This document shows positions 1-10,056 of a stretch of DNA of 64,000 bases, in pieces. The position numbers and the translations under genes are program-made. Source of the DNA: Candidatus Eiseniibacteriota bacterium (lineage in GTDB: Bacteria > Eisenbacteria > RBG-16-71-46 > JABDJR01); contig CAVXKA010000002.1 in the NCBI GenBank assembly GCA_963762255.1, positions 480,001 through 544,000 on the forward strand, in the 5' to 3' direction. Under the pieces are notes generated by a model, which ran no database searches, had not been told where the DNA came from, and worked only from the letters and a program-made list of their open reading frames with translations. The first letter of the stretch is position 1. Every line of letters begins with the position of its first letter.

Positions 1-1
1 A

Positions 2-1906
2 ATCACCGGCGTGACCGCGTACGGGGGCGCCTCCTCGGTCGCGCTGACCTGGAGCGTATCCCCCGCCGTGGACCTCTGGGGATACGCGGTCTATCGCGCG
101 CCGGCCTCGACCGGCCCCTTCACCCGGATCAACGCATGGACCGCGGACCGGACTTCTTATTACGTGGACAGCGGGCTGTCCGGCCTCACCCGCTACTACT
201 ACAAGATCGCGGTCGTGGACACGTCGGGGAACCAGAGCGACCTCTCCACAGCGCTTTCGGCGACCACGACCCTTCCCATGTGTGCGAACTTTCCGGTGGA
301 AGTGCTTACCGCGACCATGTCGGGGATCACCCTCGCCGACCTCGACACCGATGGCAGCCTCGAAATCGTCACCGGCGGCGAGGAAATCTACGCCTTGCGT
401 TACACGGGGGACGAGTTCTACGACGGCGATCAGGACGTCCGCACGCTGGGTCCGCTCACCAGCACGGGGCAGACTTTGTACTGGAACACCCCCGCCGCGG
501 CCGACATCGACCGCGACGGACATGTCGAGGTCGCCGCGGTGAGCTGGAACGACGCCAAGCTCCATGTCGTGGATGAACAGGGTGTCGAGCTGCCCGGCTG
601 GCCCAAGAGCGTGAACCCCCTCGGCGAAGCCGCCCCCAACCCCGTTGGGTCGGTGTGCCTGGCGGACATCGACGCGGACGGCGACTTGGAGCTCTTCTGC
701 ACGGTGGCGAAGTGCCTGTTCGCATGGCACCACGACGGCACGGAGCTCCGTGACGGCGACAGCAATCCCGCCACAGACGGGGTTCTGGTGGTCAGCGGAT
801 CCAGCTTTTCCTACGGCACACCCACTGTCGCCAACATCGACACCGAACCCTACCGGGAGATCATCGCCGGCATGCGGGACGGGAAGTTGTACGTGTTCCA
901 CCACGACGGCACACCCTACTCCGGATTCCCCTTCGTGACCGGCGGGGACATCACCACAAGCCCCGCGGTCGGCGATATCGACAACGACGGGCGGATGGAG
1001 ATCGTGTTCGGGTCGGGGATAGACTCCAAGGTCTACGCCATCCGCTCGGACAAGACCTCCGCTGCCGGCTTCCCGGTGGATATCCAACTCCAACAGGACG
1101 TGGATTCCTCGCCGGCGCTGGCCGATGTCACCAACGACGGATACCTGGATGTGGTGATCGGGGCATCCAACGGCAGCCTCTTTCTCTTCCGCGGCAATGG
1201 CGGCACTATTCCCACCGGGTGGCCGGTGGCAATCAAGGATAATGCGGGAACCAAGATTGCGATTCGATCCAGCCCGGCGGTAGCCGACGTGGATGGGGAC
1301 GGATCCATGGACATCGTGGTCGGGGACCAGAGCGGGCGGCTGCACGGCTTCACAGCCGCAGGCCAGTACCTTCCCGGATTTCCCATTCAAACGGGAAATA
1401 TCCTCTATGGCGCGCCGGCGGTCTGGGACATTGATCACGACGGGCTCACCGAGATCATCGCCATGAGCTTCGACCAGAAGATCTACTGTTGGGACACGCC
1501 GTGGACCTTTGACCAGTCCAAGGCGGTGTGGCCGATGTTCAAGCGCAACCAGCGCAACACCGGCGCGGTTGCCGACGACATCCTGGCCGTGACTGCGGTG
1601 CCGGACGAACCCACCGGCCTCCGCCCGGCGCTCCTGCAGAACTACCCCAACCCGTTCTTCGCCTCGACGCTCATCCGCTATCGGGTGCCGGAAGGCGAGG
1701 CGTATCGGGGAGTGCGGCTCCAGGTCTTCGATCTCAACGGGCGCATTGTCCGATCGATGGTCAACGGCGAGCAGCCTCCGGGGCTCTACGAGTTGTCCTG
1801 GGATGGAAAAGACACCCAGGGTCGCCGGGTAGCTTCGGGCATCTACCCGTACCGCCTGGAGGTGGGTGGCGAAGTTCTCTCCCGCAAGATGGTCATCCTC
1901 CACTGA
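2..1906 (+). CDS. Secreted FN3 + FG-GAP/VCBS repeat protein with C-terminal FlgD-Ig/T9SS-like sorting domain (5' partial)
   Basis: Frame is open to the window edge. FN3-like LTW...Y.VYR...YYYKI.VVD; repeated ADLDxDGxLEIV / GDIDNDGRMEIV motifs; WPMFKRNQRNTG; C-terminal QNYPNPF...VFDLNGR.VR...WDGKD..G..VASGIY.YRL. Confidence 0.85.
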   Translation: MTGVTAYGGASSVALTWSVSPAVDLWGYAVYRAPASTGPFTRINAWTADRTSYYVDSGLSGLTRYYYKIAVVDTSGNQSDLSTALSATTTLPMCANFPVEVLTATMSGITLADLDTDGSLEIVTGGEEIYALRYTGDEFYDGDQDVRTLGPLTSTGQTLYWNTPAAADIDRDGHVEVAAVSWNDAKLHVVDEQGVELPGWPKSVNPLGEAAPNPVGSVCLADIDADGDLELFCTVAKCLFAWHHDGTELRDGDSNPATDGVLVVSGSSFSYGTPTVANIDTEPYREIIAGMRDGKLYVFHHDGTPYSGFPFVTGGDITTSPAVGDIDNDGRMEIVFGSGIDSKVYAIRSDKTSAAGFPVDIQLQQDVDSSPALADVTNDGYLDVVIGASNGSLFLFRGNGGTIPTGWPVAIKDNAGTKIAIRSSPAVADVDGDGSMDIVVGDQSGRLHGFTAAGQYLPGFPIQTGNILYGAPAVWDIDHDGLTEIIAMSFDQKIYCWDTPWTFDQSKAVWPMFKRNQRNTGAVADDILAVTAVPDEPTGLRPALLQNYPNPFFASTLIRYRVPEGEAYRGVRLQVFDLNGRIVRSMVNGEQPPGLYELSWDGKDTQGRRVASGIYPYRLEVGGEVLSRKMVILH

Positions 1907-1910
1907 GTTC

Positions 1911-1950
1911 GGAAGGGGGCGAGGCCGCCGGCTTCGCCCCCTCCTCATTC
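1911..1950 (+). terminator. GC-rich hairpin after the stop codon (probable terminator)
   Basis: AGGGGGCGAGGCC-gcc-GGCTTCGCCCCCT stem just after TGA; weak U-tract. Confidence 0.5.
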
Positions 1951-1961
1951 ACGCCTTGCTC

Positions 1962-1990
1962 TTGTGACCGGCCCATCCGGGGCTTAATCT
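1962..1990 (+). promoter_or_regulatory. Putative sigma70 promoter of the msbA-GT operon
   Basis: TTGTGA-17 nt-TAATCT, 10 nt before ATG 2001; no SD, so the leader would be very short. Confidence 0.35.
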
Positions 1991-2000
1991 AGACTCCCGC

Positions 2001-3920
2001 ATGCGAACCCTCTTGCGCCTCGGCCGGTACTTCAAGCCCCTGTGGCGAACGATCCTCGTTGGACTCGTTCTCATGGCGCTCTTCGCACTTTTCAGCGGAT
2101 TCTCCATCGGTCTGGTGCTTCCCATCATGGACAAGGTCTTCCTGCGCACCCAGGCACCGGTGCAGACGCCGCTCCCGGTGGGGCAGGGTCTCGCGGAAAC
2201 CTGGAGCGCGACGCGGGGGGCCCTCGCCGGCGAGGGGGGCCTCGGCGCCCGCATGGACGCCGCGCGCGCGGCCGGACTGGCCGGCCTGCGGCGCATCCAG
2301 GAACAATCCCCGCCTCTCGAGATCCTGGCCTGGCTGTGTGTGATCACGCTGATCGCGGTCTTTCTCAAGAATGTCGCCGACTTCGGCCGCAAGATCGCCT
2401 TCATCCGCGTCGAGCAACGATCCGCCGAGGCGCTCCGGGGCGAACTCTTCCGCCGGGTGGTGGCCTTCCCCCTCGCAACCTTCACCAAGGTGCCCAGCGG
2501 TCAGTTTCTGAGCCGTCTCATCACCGACGTCGAGCTGGTCAAGACCTTCACGATCAACAACGCGGCCAATTTCGCTCACAACCTGCTCCAGGTCGTCGTG
2601 TATCTGGGGATTACGGTGTGGGCGAGCCCGCAGCTCGCTCTGGTGAGCTTCCTCGTCGTCCCCCCCATCGCCTTCATCACCGGAAAGCTGGCCTCCAAGC
2701 TCCGTCGTCAGAGCGGCCGGGCTCAGGCCCGCATCGCGGAGATGACCTCTGCGCTTCAAGAAGTGCTGGGCGGAATCCGCATCGTCAAAGCCTTCGGGAC
2801 CGAGGGGCGGGAGAACCACCGATTCATCGGCGCCGTCGGCCGCTACCGGCGAACGGTGGAGTACCTCATGGGCCTCGACAGTCTCGCCTCGCCCCTCTCC
2901 GAGTTCTGGGGGGTGACAATCGGCGTGGCGGTGCTGTACTACGGCGGCCGCCTGGTGCTCAGCAGCGGCGCCGAAATGACTCCTGGCCGGTTCTTCGTGT
3001 TCTTCCTCGCCCTGGTATCCATGCTGCACCCGCTCAAACAACTCTCCAACGTGGTGACGCGCTTTCAGCGGGGCGCCGCCGCCGCCGATCGGTTGTTCGA
3101 AGTTCTGGACATGCCGATCGAGACCGACGCCCCCGGCGCGCGTTCGGTGGAGGCGATTCGGCACGATCTACGCTTCGATGACGTCTCTTTCGAGTACGAT
3201 CCGGACCGACCGGTCTTGCGCGGCGTGTCCTTCAAGGCCGAAGCGGGCACGACCACCGCACTGGTGGGGCCGAGCGGCGGCGGGAAATCGACCTTGGTGG
3301 ATCTCATCCCCCGCTTCCACGACCCCACTGCCGGGCGCGTCCTTCTCGACGGGGTGGATCTGCGCGAGCTGCGCCGGCGCGACCTGCGTTCTCTCATAGG
3401 TATCGTGACCCAGGAGACGCTTCTCTTCAACGACACCGTGGCCGAGAACATCGCCTACGGGGCGGAGGGGGTCGACCGGGAGCGGGTGGAGGCGGCCGCG
3501 CGCGCGGCCAACGCTCACGAGTTCATCGCCGCGATGCCGCGTGGATACGACACGATGATCGGCGAGCGCGGGGTGCTCCTCTCCGGCGGGCAGCGCCAGC
3601 GACTGGCCCTCGCCCGCGCCGTGCTGCGCAATCCAGCGATCCTGATCCTCGACGAGGCGACGTCCTCGCTCGACACGGAATCGGAGAACCTGGTGCAGGA
3701 GGCGCTCGAGCGTCTCCTGGCCGGCCGCACCACCTTCGTGATCGCCCACCGCCTCAGCACGGTCATGCGCGCCGACCGGATCCTGGTCCTCAACGAAGGG
3801 CGCATTGCGGAGTCCGGTACCCACACCGAACTCCTCGCCCGGCCGGGGCTCTACCATCGCCTCTACACGCTTCAGTTTCGCGACGAGGACGCTCCGCGGC
3901 CGGACCGGGTGGAATCCTGA
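2001..3920 (+). CDS. msbA: MsbA-like lipid A/lipid ABC exporter (TMD + NBD)
   Basis: Multi-TM N-terminal half; Walker A GPSGGGKST; LSGGQRQR; ILILDEATSSLD; IAHRLST; next to glycosyltransferases. Confidence 0.8.
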   Translation: MRTLLRLGRYFKPLWRTILVGLVLMALFALFSGFSIGLVLPIMDKVFLRTQAPVQTPLPVGQGLAETWSATRGALAGEGGLGARMDAARAAGLAGLRRIQEQSPPLEILAWLCVITLIAVFLKNVADFGRKIAFIRVEQRSAEALRGELFRRVVAFPLATFTKVPSGQFLSRLITDVELVKTFTINNAANFAHNLLQVVVYLGITVWASPQLALVSFLVVPPIAFITGKLASKLRRQSGRAQARIAEMTSALQEVLGGIRIVKAFGTEGRENHRFIGAVGRYRRTVEYLMGLDSLASPLSEFWGVTIGVAVLYYGGRLVLSSGAEMTPGRFFVFFLALVSMLHPLKQLSNVVTRFQRGAAAADRLFEVLDMPIETDAPGARSVEAIRHDLRFDDVSFEYDPDRPVLRGVSFKAEAGTTTALVGPSGGGKSTLVDLIPRFHDPTAGRVLLDGVDLRELRRRDLRSLIGIVTQETLLFNDTVAENIAYGAEGVDRERVEAAARAANAHEFIAAMPRGYDTMIGERGVLLSGGQRQRLALARAVLRNPAILILDEATSSLDTESENLVQEALERLLAGRTTFVIAHRLSTVMRADRILVLNEGRIAESGTHTELLARPGLYHRLYTLQFRDEDAPRPDRVES

Positions 3921-3921
3921 C

Positions 3922-5226
3922 ATGCTCGTCTCCGCCCCCACCTCCGTCGGCGACGTTCTCGACCGCATCACGATTCTGCGGATCAAGGAACGCGAGATCG
4001 CCGATCCGGGAAAGCGCGCGAATGTGGGCAAGGAGCTCGCCGAACTGCTCGCGCTGGCCGACCGCAACGGTCTTCGCGATCCCGAGCTGGAGGCCGAGCT
4101 CGAAGCCGTGAACGCGGCGCTCTGGCGGATCGAGGACGAACTACGACGGCTCGAGCGCGACCAGAACTTCTCCGATCGCTTCGTGCGCTTGGCCCGCGAC
4201 GTCTATTTCACCAACGACCGTCGAGCCGGGATCAAACGCCGTATCAACGCCCGGTTCGGGTCGACCCTCATCGAGGAGAAGCACTACGTTCCCTACGCCG
4301 GATCCTCACCGTCCGCCTCCACGGACCCCGGCGGGGCTGGCGAAGAAAGCGTTCCCACCAGGGGCCAGGGTGCGGGCCACGCCCCGCCGCTCCGCGGTCT
4401 CGACCGCCTCGACTACTCCCACATCCATCTCACCATGGTGGCGAGCTACTACTTCGAGCGGGCGGGAGACGGTTCGCTGATCGAGCTTCTGCAGGAGTAT
4501 GCCTCGCTGCCACCCGATTTGCTCGACCGCATGCAGTTCGTCCTCGTGGATGACGGCTCTCCGGTCCCGGTCGAAGTCCCGCGCGACCTCGATCTGAACC
4601 TGCTTCTGCTGCGTATCAACGCCGACATCCCGTGGAACTGGGCGGGCGGGCGCAACCTCGGCGCGGTCTGCGCGCGCTCGGAGAAGATCCTCTTCACCGA
4701 CATCGATCATCGATTCCCCGAGGCAACGCTGCGCCGTCTGCTCGCCATGGGCGACCCCGGCCGCTCTCTCTACCGGTTCCACAGGCGCCGGCCCGACGGC
4801 GCCCCACTCGGCGTCCCGACCAACATCCATTGCATGTCGCGGGGGAGATTTCTGCGGCTCTTCGGGTACGACGAGGAACTCTGCGGTCACTACGGCAGCG
4901 ATCCGATGTTCTTCCAGTGGCAGAAGCTGCACGGTACCCGGCTTCGCCGCCTCTCCTCGCGCTACCCGTGCTTCCTGCGCGAGCGACATGCCGAGGATGC
5001 CGGGCATTCGCTCAGCCGGGATTCCGCCCACAGCCACGAGATTCGCCGGCGCAACATGGAGCGGATCCGCCGCTACGGAGAAGCCGCGGGGCACAGCCGA
5101 AGCTTTCTCTGCTTCCCCTGGGAAGTCACCGCCGATCTCCACCGCGGGAACGCGCCTGCTCCGGTGCGCGAAGACCGGGGGTGGGCGCGGCGTTGGTGGC
5201 TCCGCTGGCTCTTCGGGCGAGGGTGA
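3922..5226 (+). CDS. DUF6165-like helical domain fused to a GT-A (family 2-like) glycosyltransferase
   Basis: ATG 1 nt after the msbA stop. N-term SVGDVLDRITILRIK...LWRIEDELR...ARDVYFTNDRR...KRRIN...EEKHY; Gly/Ser/Pro linker; VDDGSP, GRNLG, FTDIDH, GYDEELCGHYG. Confidence 0.75.
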   Translation: MLVSAPTSVGDVLDRITILRIKEREIADPGKRANVGKELAELLALADRNGLRDPELEAELEAVNAALWRIEDELRRLERDQNFSDRFVRLARDVYFTNDRRAGIKRRINARFGSTLIEEKHYVPYAGSSPSASTDPGGAGEESVPTRGQGAGHAPPLRGLDRLDYSHIHLTMVASYYFERAGDGSLIELLQEYASLPPDLLDRMQFVLVDDGSPVPVEVPRDLDLNLLLLRINADIPWNWAGGRNLGAVCARSEKILFTDIDHRFPEATLRRLLAMGDPGRSLYRFHRRRPDGAPLGVPTNIHCMSRGRFLRLFGYDEELCGHYGSDPMFFQWQKLHGTRLRRLSSRYPCFLRERHAEDAGHSLSRDSAHSHEIRRRNMERIRRYGEAAGHSRSFLCFPWEVTADLHRGNAPAPVREDRGWARRWWLRWLFGRG

Positions 5227-6380
5227 CCCGTGTGCCCGCGATGACGTCTTCTCCGCTCCGCGTCGACTTCGTCAACTCCACCCACCGCTGGCGCGGAGTC
5301 AAGAGTTGGACCTTGCGCACGGCCGGCGGCTTGCAGCGTCGAGGGCACGACGTGCACCTGTTCATCGCCCGGGGCAATGTCTTCGCGGCCGCTGCGCGCG
5401 AGGCCGGCCTGGATGTCACCGAGATCCACTTCGGTCCGGACTGGAATCCTTTCGCCGTCGGCGCGCTTCGCCGGCGGTTCGCCGGACGCGGAACCGAAGT
5501 CGTGATCACGAACGTGTCCAAGGACAATCGCATTGCGGGACCGGGGTGCCGCGCTCTCGGTATCCCGGTGCTGCAGCGTGTGGGGGCGAGCGGGGATCTG
5601 CGCGATCGTTGGCGTGTGCGGCTGGAGCAGCGCCGCTACGTGACCCGCATCGTGGTTCCCGCCCGCATCATCGCGAACCGTTTGCGCGGCTACCCGTGGC
5701 TACGCGCGGACGAACGCGTGATCGTCGTTCCCAACGGCGTCGATCTCTCGCGCTTTCGTCCCGGCGTCGGCGCGGGGGTGCTTCGCAGCGAGCTCGGTCT
5801 CGACGCGGCGACACCGCTCATCGTTGCCGCATCGCAGATCTCGCGCGTCAAGGGAGTCCACGTGCTCATCGAGGCCTTTGCCGCGCTCGGAGCGTCCGAT
5901 CCTCCGCCGCGGCTCGCGTTGATCGGCGAGGGGGACAGCGAGGGGGCGATGATGGCCGAGGCCCGCCGGCTTGGCGTCGCCGATCGCGTGCATGCGATCG
6001 GCTTTCGCCGAAACCTGGATGTCCTGTTCGAGGACGCCGATGTGGTGGCCCACCCCTCCATGTTCGAGGGCGAGGGTCTTCCCAACAGCGTGCTCGAGGC
6101 CATGGCAAAGGGCAGGGCGGTGGTGGCCACCCGCATCGGAGGCACGGACGAGGCACTCACCGACGAGCGGGAAGGGCTCCTGGTGCCGCCCGGCGACGTG
6201 GACGCGCTGAGACGGGCCCTCAGCCGCCTGCTCGCGGATCGCGCGTTGCGAGGGCGCCTCGGGACGGCCGCCCGCTCGCGCATGGAACGCGAGTTCGATG
6301 AGGATCTCATGGTCGATCGGATGGAGTCGCTCCTGTTCGCCATGCGCGAGGAAGGGCGCGCTCGGAGGCACGCGTCGTGA
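5223..6380 (+). CDS. GT4 (RfaB-like) glycosyltransferase
   Basis: GTG overlaps the upstream TGA (alternative ATG 5241); VPNGVD, KGVHVLIEA, EGLPNSVLEAMA (EX7E). Confidence 0.85.
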   Translation: MTRVPAMTSSPLRVDFVNSTHRWRGVKSWTLRTAGGLQRRGHDVHLFIARGNVFAAAAREAGLDVTEIHFGPDWNPFAVGALRRRFAGRGTEVVITNVSKDNRIAGPGCRALGIPVLQRVGASGDLRDRWRVRLEQRRYVTRIVVPARIIANRLRGYPWLRADERVIVVPNGVDLSRFRPGVGAGVLRSELGLDAATPLIVAASQISRVKGVHVLIEAFAALGASDPPPRLALIGEGDSEGAMMAEARRLGVADRVHAIGFRRNLDVLFEDADVVAHPSMFEGEGLPNSVLEAMAKGRAVVATRIGGTDEALTDEREGLLVPPGDVDALRRALSRLLADRALRGRLGTAARSRMEREFDEDLMVDRMESLLFAMREEGRARRHAS

Positions 6381-7357
6381 ATCGCACGCTGGAGTTCTGG
6401 ACCATCGGCGACACCCGGACCGCCAGCACCCGGTTACGCATCCACCAGTATGCGCCGCTTCTCGCGGCCGACGATCTGGCCCCGCGGATCCGCGCCATTC
6501 CTCACGGTTTCGCGCCGCGGCTCGGCCTCTTCGCAGAGCTCGCGGCCGGACGCCGACTCCTCGTGCAGAAGAAGCTCTTCTCTTCTCTCGAACTTCGGTG
6601 GTTATGTGCGCGCGTGGAGCGACTTCTCTACGATGTGGACGATGCGGTATATCTCGATCAGGGCGAGAGCACGCGAAATTGCGAGCGGTTTCGTCGGGTG
6701 ACCGAAGCAGCGGACCGGGTGGTGGCTGGGAACCCCACGCTCGCCGCGGCGTGCGCCGATCCTGCCCGAGCGGTGGTGCTCCCCACTCCCGTCGATACCC
6801 GACGCGTCACCCCCGGATCTCCGGAGACGAGGGAGCCGGGTCTCGTCGTGTGGATCGGAAGCCAGGCGGGACTTCCCAGCCTCGACCTGGTGTGGGCGGC
6901 CTGGGAACGCGTGCAAGCGCGGCGTCCCGAAGCCCGTCTCGCCATCCTGGCCGATCGCCCTCCGCGCCGATTGCCGCCCGGCGCGACCTTCGCGCCCTGG
7001 ACCGCCGAGCGCGAGGGGGATCTCCTCCGCCGGGCGACCGTCGGTCTCATGCCGCTCCTCGACACGCCGTTCAACCGCGGCAAGTGCGGGTTCAAGATCC
7101 TCCTGTACCAGGCCGCGGGAGTGGCGGTCATAGCCTCGCCGGTGGGGGTAAACGCCGATCTCGTGCGGCCGGAGGAAGACGGGTTCCTGGCCGCAAACGA
7201 AGCGGCCTGGGAAGACGCGCTCGATCGCTTGATCACAGATCCCCCGGTTGCCCGCCGCTTCGGGGAGTCGGGCCGCGCCCGCGTCGTGGTCACGCATTCC
7301 ATCGAGGCCCTCTACCCGCGATTCCGGGCTGCCCTTCTCGACGGCTGGGGATCATGA
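6377..7357 (+). CDS. GT4 glycosyltransferase
   Basis: STRLRIHQY, YDVDDAVY, WIGS, GLMPL...RGKCGFKILLYQAAG...SPVGVN; GTGA coupling to the upstream gene. Confidence 0.8.
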   Translation: MNRTLEFWTIGDTRTASTRLRIHQYAPLLAADDLAPRIRAIPHGFAPRLGLFAELAAGRRLLVQKKLFSSLELRWLCARVERLLYDVDDAVYLDQGESTRNCERFRRVTEAADRVVAGNPTLAAACADPARAVVLPTPVDTRRVTPGSPETREPGLVVWIGSQAGLPSLDLVWAAWERVQARRPEARLAILADRPPRRLPPGATFAPWTAEREGDLLRRATVGLMPLLDTPFNRGKCGFKILLYQAAGVAVIASPVGVNADLVRPEEDGFLAANEAAWEDALDRLITDPPVARRFGESGRARVVVTHSIEALYPRFRAALLDGWGS

Positions 7358-7388
7358 ACCGCAGCGTCCGCGTCGCGGACTCGGCCCG

Positions 7389-8589
7389 ATGAGAGCGCTC
7401 CTCCTGACCCAGGACTTCCCGCCGCGGCCCGGTGGCATGGCGCGGTACTACGGCGATCTCGCCCGCGGTCTCGGTGAGGATTGCGCCGTGGCGGTCGGAT
7501 CCTGGGGCGGCGTGCCGCCCGTACATGACGGCGAGTACGCCGTGCTTCGCCTCCCCTTCGATGCCGGCACCTCGCACAGGCTCTGGAACCTCGGGCAGGC
7601 CCACCGGATCGTTCGCGCCGCACTCAAGAGGGGACGATTCGACGTGGTCGTCGCCGGCAACATCCGCCCTTACGGCCCGCTCGTTCATCGTCTCGCACGC
7701 GGTGCCGATCTCCCCTTCGCGGTCGTGTATCACGGAAACGACCTGCTGCGCACCGCCCGCCGCTGGCGGAACAGCGCGTGGCGGCGCGGGACATGGAGCC
7801 GACTGGCCGAAGCCGCGCGGCTTCACGTGGTCAACAGCGCCTTCACCGCGGAACTCGCAATCGCCCAGGGCCTTCCGCCCGGTCGACTCGCGGTGGTCCC
7901 CCCCGAGGTGAACGTGCGGAAGTTCCGTCCCGCGGAAAGTGAGGCCGAGCGCACCGAGCTGCGTCGTCGCTTCGGCTGGGGAGAGGCCGACCAGGTGGCC
8001 CTGTTCGTCGGGCGGCTCGTGGAGCGCAAGGGACTCGAAGACTTGTTCGCCGCGCTGCCCGAGTCTGCCTCGTTGCGTGCGGCTGGTGGTGGCGGGTCCT
8101 GGGGACGAGGAACGCTGGAGGGAGCGAGCGCGAGCGCGCGGAGTGGCCGATCGGGTGGCCTTTCTCGGCCCGGTGGACGGGGAGGCCCTTCCACGACTCT
8201 ATCGCGCGGCCGATCTCTTCGTCGGACCCTCACGCGAGCGGCTGGAGGCGGACGATGTCGAAGGATTCGGCATCGTGTTTCTTGAAGCGTCGGCCTCCGG
8301 TTTGGCCGTGCTCTCGACGTGCACGGGGGGCATCCCGGAAGCGGTCGAGGACGGCGTCGGCGGAATTCTCGTTCGGCCGGATAGGCCCGATGCGCTCGCC
8401 GAAGCGTGGCTCGCTCTCAGCCGTGACACCGAACTGCGCAAGCGATTGGGGGAAGGAGGGCGCCGAGGCCGCGCCGCCGCCCACGGTCCCGGTAGCTCGG
8501 CCCGCCGTCTGCGCGAAGCGCTGTCGGAGAGCCTGCGCCGGGCGGGCGCCCCCGGATCGGATCCGTCGGCGTCAACGCAGCGAAGCTAG
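7389..8589 (+). pseudogene. GT4 (PimB-like) glycosyltransferase split by a +1 frameshift at CCC 8058-8060 (pseudogene or sequencing error)
   Basis: N-half TQDFPPRPGGMARY...VGRLVERKG in ORF 7248-8285; C-half RLVVAGPG...EGFGIVFLEASASG in ORF 7939-8589. Deleting one C gives contiguous AALPSLPRCVRLVV. Confidence 0.8.
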
Positions 8590-9366
8590 CTTGTCCTGCG
8601 CCAGCCGCGCCTCGTCGGTCCCCGGGCACTCCCGGACCACCGATTCGAAATAGCGCCGGGCGGTCGGATTATCGGCCTTGCGCAGGAAGGCGTACCCAAC
8701 CTTCAGAGTAGCCGCGCACACCTTGTTGCCCTCCGGGTACATGTCGCGCACCTTCAGCAGTTCCTGCACGGCCCGGTCCAGATCACCGAGGGCGAAGTAG
8801 CACTCTCCCAGCCAGTACTGCGCATTGTCGGCGCGGTCGGACTGGGGATAGGACTTGAGGAAGTCCTGGAAGCCGGCCACCGCAAGCTGGTAGTTTCCGC
8901 GCGAGTAGTCGCGGTAGGCGGCATCGTAGACCTCGTTCTCCCCGCCCGCGGGCCGAGTCTCCGGGGTCGAGGCTCCCGCGCCCCCGAGCGAATCGGCACT
9001 GGCGGGAGGCGCCACCGGGGGCCGCGAGGCGCGAACGTCCTCCACGCGCCGCAGGCTCCGATCCATCCGCGTCCCCTGGTCCTCCAACTGGGCGCCGATG
9101 TTCTCGATGCGCTCCTCGATGCTGCGCAACTGCGCGTTCGTATCGGCGCGCATCGCCGTCGTGGTCTCCCCTTGCTCATCCAAGCCGGCCTTCATCTCCC
9201 GGACCAGAGCGAGGAGTTCGGTCTGCTCGCGTCGGAGCGATTCCACCTCCTCCCGGGTGACCTCCGCGTTGACCGGCTGGCGAAAGAACGCGCCCACGCA
9301 CCCGGTGACCCCCAGGGAAAAGGAGACCAGTAGGAACGCAAGCGTGCTGCGTGACCGTGGGCTCAT
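8572..9366 (-). CDS. cpoB: Tol-Pal protein CpoB/YbgF (coiled coil + TPR), lipoprotein signal
   Basis: LGVTGC lipobox; coiled coil; YDAAY..Y..GNY..A...F..FL..YPQS..ADNAQYWLGE; downstream of pal. Confidence 0.9.
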   Translation of the reverse strand: MSPRSRSTLAFLLVSFSLGVTGCVGAFFRQPVNAEVTREEVESLRREQTELLALVREMKAGLDEQGETTTAMRADTNAQLRSIEERIENIGAQLEDQGTRMDRSLRRVEDVRASRPPVAPPASADSLGGAGASTPETRPAGGENEVYDAAYRDYSRGNYQLAVAGFQDFLKSYPQSDRADNAQYWLGECYFALGDLDRAVQELLKVRDMYPEGNKVCAATLKVGYAFLRKADNPTARRYFESVVRECPGTDEARLAQDKLASLR

Positions 9367-9414
9367 GGCGTGCACCCATCCGCGCCCCGGGCTCACACCC
9401 GGGGCGCCGGCGGT

Positions 9415-9933
9415 TTAGGGAATGAGGAAATGGACGAGCCGGTTCTGCGACCAGGCACTCTCGTCGTGGCCCTGAGCGAAGGGCTTCTCTTCACCGTAGG
9501 AAATCGTGCTCAAGCTGGACGCGCTGACCCCGAGGTCGACCAGGTACGCCTTCACGACCTCGGCGCGGCGCTGACCGAGGGCCAAGTTGTACTCCTCGGT
9601 GCCCCGCTCGTCACAGTGCCCTTCCAGGGTGACCTTGGCGTCGGGGTTCTCCTTCAAAATCCGCGCGTTTTCCTGGAGGACCGCGCGGGCATCGCCGCGA
9701 AGCTCGGCCTTGTCGTAGTCGAAGTACACGTCCTTCACCCGGGTCTTCCACGCCAGGCGATCCTCGCGCACCTCCGGGGTCTCCGGCTGCGACGGGGGCT
9801 CCACCGTCTCCCGGGGCGTCGTGCGGTCGATCTCAACGGTGGGCTCCGGTTTCTTGCCGCAGCCGAAAAGCACGATCACTGCCAAACTCGCCAAACCTAT
9901 GAGCGACCGATGTCCAAGTATCTTGCTGTTCAT
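9415..9933 (-). CDS. pal: Peptidoglycan-associated lipoprotein Pal
   Basis: LFGC lipobox; VYFDYDK; EGHCDERGTEEYNLALGQRRA; SYGEEKP; SD GGAGGG. Confidence 0.95.
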   Translation of the reverse strand: MNSKILGHRSLIGLASLAVIVLFGCGKKPEPTVEIDRTTPRETVEPPSQPETPEVREDRLAWKTRVKDVYFDYDKAELRGDARAVLQENARILKENPDAKVTLEGHCDERGTEEYNLALGQRRAEVVKAYLVDLGVSASSLSTISYGEEKPFAQGHDESAWSQNRLVHFLIP

Positions 9934-10056
9934 GGTATGAGGCTCCCTCCTGGTTCAGTAAAAATCCTAGACTCGAAATGTACCGGTCCCGGCCCCATTC
10001 GGCAAGAGACGGCGCAACCGTCGCTCTCGAACCCGGGCCGCAAACTGTCGATGTCG

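Noticed and set aside
2140-2320. Long periplasmic insertion between TM1 and TM2 of MsbA
   Set aside because: Extended first periplasmic loops are common in FCB-type MsbA homologues; not distinctive.
8572-8589. 18-bp convergent overlap of GT4 and cpoB 3' ends
   Set aside because: Short tail-to-tail overlaps are common in compact high-GC genomes.
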